A stretch of 57,323 nt of DNA, filler included, from Sphacelaria rigidula (taxonomy: Eukaryota), in NCBI GenBank assembly GCA_964200075.2. It is 6 parts of 6 records of this genome, joined end to end, with 100 filler letters (N's around TTAATTAATTAA, not from the genome) between each part and the next. Parts side by side here need not be neighbours in the genome. Positions count along the whole stretch, not along the records: positions 47,855 to 57,323 come from CAXNAA020008422.1; 5 more parts are not named here. One strand, written 5' to 3'. The notes under the pieces were generated by a model. It made no database searches and was not told where the DNA came from. It worked only from the letters and a program-made list of their open reading frames with translations. Position numbers and translations under genes: made by a program. Of this stretch, positions 50,578 through 57,323 are shown piece after piece (position 1 is the first letter of the stretch; every line of letters starts with the position of its first letter).

Positions 50578-51466
50578 AAAATACAAAAGATGAAACTATC
50601 TATCCTTCGCCACGGGCCACGGAATAATGGCAGCGCATGCTCTTGCTGTTTTGGACGTTCCCTTCATCAATCACGCGGTGAATGCCTCAGGTCCGTCGCC
50701 GTCTACACGATACGTGTCGTCTTGCGTGTAGAATGACAAGGTTTAGGTACCTCACCTGTACAAATATGTCGAATTTATGCAGACGCATCTTCATGAAAAT
50801 TCGATGCTGTATTGAGAGGACACGGCAGGCGCGATAATGGGGAAAAAACGGTGCGAACAACCAGAAACGGGGTGATGGGGAAAGGCATGAGCTACGTAAC
50901 GCATGTTAAATAGATGATTCTCGAGTTGGTAAGAGGTCTTTTATCCAATACAATCTTCAGTATACTTGTACTGGCGTATGTGACCATACGACCTGGGGTA
51001 GTCGCAAAGGCTGGTGCTCGTGATTATGAATCTAGTCAAGTAGCGTGCAGAAACCACGAGACAGGGAGACCGTGCTGTTCAAACGGGCTCGTGGGGCCAA
51101 CAACAACTTTAGCCATGGACGGTGTCAAACGTCCAGGGGATAGTGAAAACGAACGATTGAAGAATTGCGAATTAGAGGAGAGTAGAGGGAAGAAGGGAGA
51201 TAGAGGCGAAAAGGAGTGAACAACGTGGGGCTTCTCTTGGTTTTCGATCGTCTAGCCTGGTGCTATGCCCTCGAAGGTCGTATTTCTCGTGACTTCGGTG
51301 CGCCTATCTTCTCGAAGGCTGGGTCCTCCATACCTACATGACTGTCACGGGTCATTAAATTCGATGCGGAACTGGAAATTTTCTCGGATTGCCCGTAAAT
51401 GTTCCTTACTCTAGAACACCATGACAATTGTTCTAGGATACACACATACGTGTGTACTGGTATATA

Positions 51467-52030
51467 CTCCCTCTGACCGGTAAAATACGCAAGGTTGGGA
51501 CAAAATGCGGTCAAACTCGTGTCTACAAAACTCTTTTTCGGAACGTTTGTTTTTGGTTCCGCCGCACTCGCGCGCAGCGCGCAGAACCGTTGTCTTTTTC
51601 AAGGGTTAGGAAAAAAGTGGTTTCCACCGCAGCAAACGGCGCCCGTTTTCACCACCCCAACTTTGAAACCCCGGTCAAACGTCTTCCCATCTGCTGGTGG
51701 GGTATGTCCGCTGCTGGGAGTGCCTCTTAGGGGCAGAAACGCAAGAATTTCAACGTTTCGGAGAGAGAACAGCTGATTCACCCATCTTCTCGCCGGCAGC
51801 AAAGGCGGGGTTCTGCGGCACTGGGTACAATCACGCCGGCTTTCCGCCATTTCCCCGATCAAGGGATGGTAACGCACCCCCCCCGCACCCCCCCATCGAG
51901 AGGATTTTTTTTCTCTCTCTTCAACGTGATATCTGATCGTATGCCAAAGTTGTCCGACGTCCACCGTGCCCAGAGGGCACGTTTCTGTCAATATCATACA
52001 AACCTTGCTTATTTTACCGGTCAGAGGGAG
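51467..52030. mobile_element. Stowaway-like (Tc1/mariner) MITE, 564 bp
   Basis: TA|CTCCCTCTGACCGGTAAAATACGCAAGGTT...AACCTTGCTTATTTTACCGGTCAGAGGGAG|TA; 30-bp TIR with one mismatch and TA TSD. Confidence 0.92.
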
Positions 52031-53053
52031 TATTATAGAACTACTTCCAGAAAGCATCGACACAACGTTTTCATTTTGATGCAGTGTCATGTCTGATACA
52101 AGTGCAGCAACGAACGAATCGATGCTATTGAACATTGCTTATATGGGAAGTCTGAACCTCTTTTCTCAGCAGTCTCCCACGATGGGGGTGGTATATCGAA
52201 TTTTCATTCAATAACATGTCCCACCTGAACCCAAGGTACAGAGCAATCAGATATAGCAACTTAAGACACTTCTCATTGAGGTAAAGAGCAGGCTCGTCCA
52301 CGCAATTGATAATACTCAAATTACCGCAACCGGTGTACTCTAGAGGGGCCACAAGCTGATGCGAATACGATTTAGCTGTATACCAAATATTTAAAGCCTT
52401 AGTACAACGGGTTTTAGCATCCCCCTTGACTTCAAAACCGACAACACTGAACGTGTAACAACTCAGCAAATCTATTGTTGCTTGTGCGACTCACATAGCC
52501 AATGCACTCGAAGCTCTGGTGAGTGGTCCAAGAGCACTATCGTCCGCTAGTCCAAGCGAATTTATTCCACAGGGTATAATACGGTTGCTATGCAGCCCCC
52601 TCTCCCATTATTGAACGGTAGTGCTACTGGTCAGTTGGTCGCTTAATACAGAAGATCTCGTGTCTACCGAGATGCCTCAATTTTACGGCATGGTCTTCGC
52701 TGCCTTTTCGGCCTCGAAGTCCAGAATTTGGTTGTGAACTCCCGGTGACGTTGCTTGTTGAGGTGCTTCTCGCGTCTTCACGTACTGAACGGTGATCGTA
52801 CCGTCCTCGACCAACGTTTTGGACGAACAGAGGTATCTCAGCGCGGTGTGCTTTACCCGAGGGGGTAAGTGCGATTGTCGTCCACATGGAGAGCCAACGT
52901 GTTGTCAACGTAGAGAAGAAGATGGCCGAGTTCATCCTTGAATCGTAGCTCCTTCGTCTTGTTCTCACTGAAAACGGCCTCTTTCGTTACTGACTGCGCT
53001 ATGAGACGCTGAAGTCCCGCCTTGAAATTGGCTGGGCCGTTGAGGAGACGATG

Positions 53054-53309
53054 AAGCGATGCTACGAAAGGGGGGGGGGGGGTATTGTAAGCCATTTCTT
53101 CCGCTTATTACACCTCAAAACGTCGTTGAAAGTAGCAACGTTTGATCAAACGCGCTTGCTACCAACAAGACGCACTCATTCTAATCATGCACCGTTTTCA
53201 TCCAAATACGAACGCATCGCTAGTAGTTGGGTCTTCTGCCAAATCTGTGAGCTCCTGCTTTTCGTGGAATCAATGCCCCCCCCCCCCCCCCCTTGTCGTA
53301 GCATCACCC
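53054..53309. mobile_element. ~255-bp MITE with poly-G/poly-C arms, inserted in the copia RNase H; termini related to family A
   Basis: GATGCTACGAAAG(G)nTATTG...CAATG(C)nTTGTCGTAGCATCACCC. Confidence 0.8.
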
Positions 53310-54372
53310 AAAGATATATGGCGACATTGATTTGCTGTTATTCGTGTCGTTGCTCCACTCAATACTGAGAAGGTGGCAAGCTTGAACCCGCTCTGCTTGT
53401 AGGTGGTCATGATGTCGGCGAACTCGGGCAAGTAGCGAAGCAGATGTCTGGCGGCCCTCATTTGAGCTTTCAGGGGTTTGGCTGTCTCCCGTGCCAGTTG
53501 ATTCGCGGTGTAGAGGGTGTCATGCCGGGAGGCTTGTTCGAATTACATGGTAGCACCTACGATTGACTGGTTCCGCTGCGTGACTTCCTTGTCCAGCACA
53601 TTCTTCTCCGGGCAGTTGCGCCAACGTTTTGGCCCTGCTCCTGGTGAAAAAGCGTCTCTGCTCCTGGTGTGAAAGGGGGGTTACAATCATTCATGTCATC
53701 GCGCTCGCTGATGTCCTCCATGTAGTCTTCGGGCGGATGGTGATCATTCCTCTTTCGAGGGAACGAGTTACGTTCACGCTGAGCACCCTTGACACGTCGC
53801 TCACGTCCATCGTGTCGAAACGGTCCAGCAGCTTCTTCTTCTTGAGCTTGTTCAGCAGAAGAATGTCTTCCACGTACAGCGTTTGAATGCTAGAAGCAGT
53901 GTCACCCTCGAACACATCAATGCAGGGATTCGATTTGAGAGAGGAGAACCTAATTTTGGCGAGATAGTGGCCCATCGTGCCGAACCACTTCTTCGGGCCG
54001 TGCCGGAGACCTGACAAACTCTTCCTGAGCTTCATGAACACAGGTACTGACTTGTCGGCATTGCCGTAGCCAGGAGTCACGTTGACGAACGCCTTCCTCC
54101 CCATCGGCGTTCAGAAATGCCATCTGGACGTCAAGCGGAAACACCTCGTAGTCCAGTTCTGCTGCGTTCGCCAGCATTATTCGGAAGCTGTGGAGTCTGC
54201 GAACATGAACAAAAGTGCCGCCGCAGTCAATCCGAGGGACGTAAGACCACTCTTGTACGACAAGACAGCTTTAGTGCGTGCCATCTGCCTGAGTTTGCTT
54301 ACCCACCGCCTGCGTGCCACCATCTGCCCCCCGGAACCAGTGTGATGGACATTGGTGCGTAGATTCCGCAGA

Positions 54373-54474
54373 GGTGACCACTGGGGTGCCTGCAACCTCA
54401 AATTTGGACGTTACAGACCCTGTGCAACGTCTGTACCGTCCAAATTTGAGGTTGCAGGCACCCCAGTGGTCACC
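54373..54474. repeat. Near-perfect hairpin: 46-bp arms, one mismatch, 10-nt loop
   Basis: GGTGACCACTGGGGTGCCTGCAACCTCAAATTTGGACGTTACAGAC and its reverse complement at 54429-54474. Confidence 0.95.
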
Positions 54475-56945
54475 CGTGCGTGCTTCTGCCGGCTTGCTTC
54501 TGCCGGCTTGCTTCTGCCGGCTTGAGATAAGGTGAACTTGTCGATTATATCGCTGACAAACTCGTATCCCCCACGAGTCGTCAGTTCGAAGGGGCCCATG
54601 GTGTCTCCGTACACAAGCTAAGTGGGCGCATTAATGACGGGCTGTTTGTCGTTCTTAGGCTAGCCAATTGGTGACTTTCCCCCACCGTGTAGACGGGGCC
54701 AATGGTTAAACGACTCAGGCAAGCAACAAAGGAGTACACCCCATCCACCGTATAGACGTCACAGTCTACGATGAAACTGCCGACTAATGCCGAGATATCC
54801 CCCCCACAAAAAGTGCACCGGAGACCGTCCGGCAAACCGGCTGCGATTCCGCTTTTGGGTTCGTTTGCAGCGATGTTGCCCACATGAGAAGCGTGCAGCA
54901 GTCCGGAATCAGCTGTAACGCCCAAATTAGTCGCGTCGTGCAGCACGAAACCAGCTCTAACGTCATTTATCATCATCGCCTCCGTGCACGTTTTTTGGCC
55001 GGTTCGGGGGGGGGCTATCTCGGCAGCAGTCTGCCGAATGCGACGCTATTACCACTCCTCCTGTTCATGAGTTCAATGCTGCGCTTGTTAGGAAGACCCA
55101 GCTGCCGGTGGTACACTTGGGATTTGCAACTGCATTTATCGCCAGCTCCTTCCCTGCATATCCACCCGCACTAACTTCTAGCTTGAAGGATGAGAAGTCG
55201 TCGTCCTCTCCGCGAAGTGCCAGGGTAGAGTCGGCCGCCTCTAGCCTGGGGTCGCTGATATCAACGATCAAAACGATGCCCTTTCTTTCAGTTGCTTTTA
55301 CCGAGAAGCAATTGACCTCAATGCCGGACATATTCAGGATTGCGATCCGTGCGAGATGCTGTTCTCCGCAGTCGTCGGTGATGAAGCCTTGAAGAACACT
55401 TTCCGCTGTGCCATCCAGCAGATTCCCTCCCGCTGAGTATCCTGCGACGCGTGCTGAGGGAGGTGTCGTCCTGTACACAATCTTTGAGCCCAGAAATAAT
55501 GATGAGATTGTCAAAGTAGTGGCCCGAGACTCTGTTGTCTTTGGAAAGTGACAACGTTGCTGTTTACGTACGGTTCACGCTCGATCTCGACCGGTTCTGA
55601 CCTCATGGGGTCGTGCCCAAGAGTCACTCGCCCTCGTCATCCGTTCCTGCATTCATGTCGGGGAAGTCTGACTTTCCTGGCCCCCAAATGAGATAAGGGG
55701 CTTGGCGCGTTCATCTTATTGCCAAGGACGTGACGCTAACCGCGAGTCGGACGATCAGTTCGCCACCTTGTGGCTTTGCTCCACTGCAGTTGTCGCCGTG
55801 GGATGTACCTCCATCGCTGTGAAGGAGATGTAGGGACGTACCTCCATCGCTGTGAAGGAGATTAGGGACGTTCCGGTTGGTCGTTCTCTTCCGGAAGATC
55901 GCAAGCGTTGCGGATCTCCTTGACACGCGAAAACCCGGTGGCTACAACATTGGCGTTGCCGTCAGCTCGTTTGCACTCCCTCGTGCGGCAGTCGGCGTCA
56001 CTGTGGGTGGTTGCTGTAAGGTATGAGCACCATACAGGACCTTGTCCGCCTCCACCGTTCCGTCGGTGTTGTCTGTGTGGGTTGTTCATGTGGTTTTCAC
56101 GCTGCTGTGGCTGCTGTCCATCATTCCCTCCTCTCCTAATGAGCTTGGCGCATGACCTTGTATTCCAGGGGTTGAGGTTGGCGGAAAATCTCTCCATATT
56201 TTCGATCGGTAGAACCCTCTGGGGGATTGCACGCGTTGAGACGGTCGCGACAGCTGTCCATGATATAGAGGTGTTTGTCTGGGTCCTGCCTTCAGCACAC
56301 TGGTTTGTTTTTCATCTTGGCGTAATCCGCGCGAATCGCTCAGCGTGAACTGCTTCAAACCTTACGCGCATTGCTGCCCATACTAGCTGTCCATGACCTG
56401 ACTAGTCTTCGAGTGTCCTGCCGTCAAATTTCCGTACGATGGAGAAGGCTGAGCCGCCTGTCGACAAGACCATTGTTGGCAGCATCGTACGCCGCGCGAG
56501 CGGTGGCCTGACCGTTGTCAGTCTCCGACTGTCGTTCTTGCCCCTATAGGATATTGACGATGACTACGTTGTAAATGCTGAGCCTGGCATGAAGCTCCGA
56601 GCTTCAATCGAAGAGCTCGTCCACCTTCTTGCCGTCTTCTATTGATATTTGTTTCAAGCAAGCGTGGAGGTGGTTCGCAGCTCCGTCAATGACGATGATC
56701 CTTCCGGCTCAACGCGAAGGGTTCGTTAATATCTTGCCGCAATCCCTGTGCGGGCCTCTCGAATACACACCCCGAGTTTGAACAGCTCGGTCTATACCTT
56801 CCAGTACTGACGTGCACTACCTGTGCCATCTATGCTGCAGTCGGTCCACGCTCAACTGAACGCGTCGAGTCCTTCTCGACCCGTGTTCGAAGGACAGACG
56901 TGCGCGGCCGGTGCCGTCTGTGCTGCAGCTTGTGCAGGCTCAACT

Positions 56946-57201
56946 AAGCAATGCTACGGTATGGGTGCACTTTTTGCTTAGAATCTTGTCTGGTTCAAGG
57001 GCTCCTAACGATTCTAGATGCACAAGACTATGGTTCAGGGCATCCCCGTTTGCACATTCGTTGGGGATATCCCTAGCACATTGGAATATTACTCCCGGCG
57101 TATTCTCACAAATTTTATGACTCGTGTTTTGGATGAGATAAAGGGCTCCTAACAATTCTAACCCCAGAAAATATTTGTACACCCCTACCGTAGCATCCCT
57201 C
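56946..57201. mobile_element. MITE family A, copy 4
   Basis: AAGCAATGCTACGGTATGGGTGCAC...ACACCCCTACCGTAGCATCCCTC. Confidence 0.88.
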
Positions 57202-57323
57202 AACTGGACGTGATGCAAGTTACGACGCCCCGATATCTTGGGGCAATTAAGTCTCCACACGCGAGACTGTACAAATAACAGGGTTGCCAGAAAAATGAGA
57301 AGGTATTTTGAAATGAGAACCCA

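Larger units (their letters stand above)
52740..56700 (-). mobile_element. Highly degenerate, internally deleted Ty1/copia element (gag, protease, integrase stub, RT, RNase H)
   Basis: WCSY...THSDADC knuckle, DNRVSGHYFD protease remnant, YGDTMGP...GGYEFVS..DKFT, LDVQMAFLNA, KLRKSLSGL, LYVEDILL, LYVDNTLAL. Confidence 0.88.

Overview
This is eukaryotic, intron-rich, repeat-dense DNA, most likely a brown alga or related stramenopile (inferred from short exons in kb-scale introns and TE proteins resembling Ectocarpus elements as I recall them; not database-checked). It is not one locus. Five identical 100-bp spacers (N44-TTAATTAATTAA-N44) join six contigs of 9471, 9471, 9471, 9471, 9470 and 9469 bp, which points to a size-sorted concatenation of unplaced contigs. 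Host genes readable by hand: (i) three phase-compatible exons of a probable STAND/AAA_16-type (ADCY10-like) protein, including a GC-AG intron; (ii) seven phase-compatible exons of a long E/K/R/Q-rich coiled-coil protein; (iii) one exon of a crotonase/HIBCH-type enzyme. The rest is mostly transposon debris: three degenerate Ty1/copia elements, a Ty3/gypsy integrase with a chromodomain-like tail, a LINE 3' fragment, tRNA-derived SINEs, several MITE families (hAT-like, Stowaway-like, Harbinger-like), two long foldback palindromes and minisatellites. I found no prokaryotic system, no CRISPR array and no convincing new multi-gene system. The least-explained signals are decayed copies of exon borders inside introns of the coiled-coil gene, an inverted gag-protease block in one copia, a near-perfect hairpin at a copia deletion junction, and a satellite with a palindromic core.
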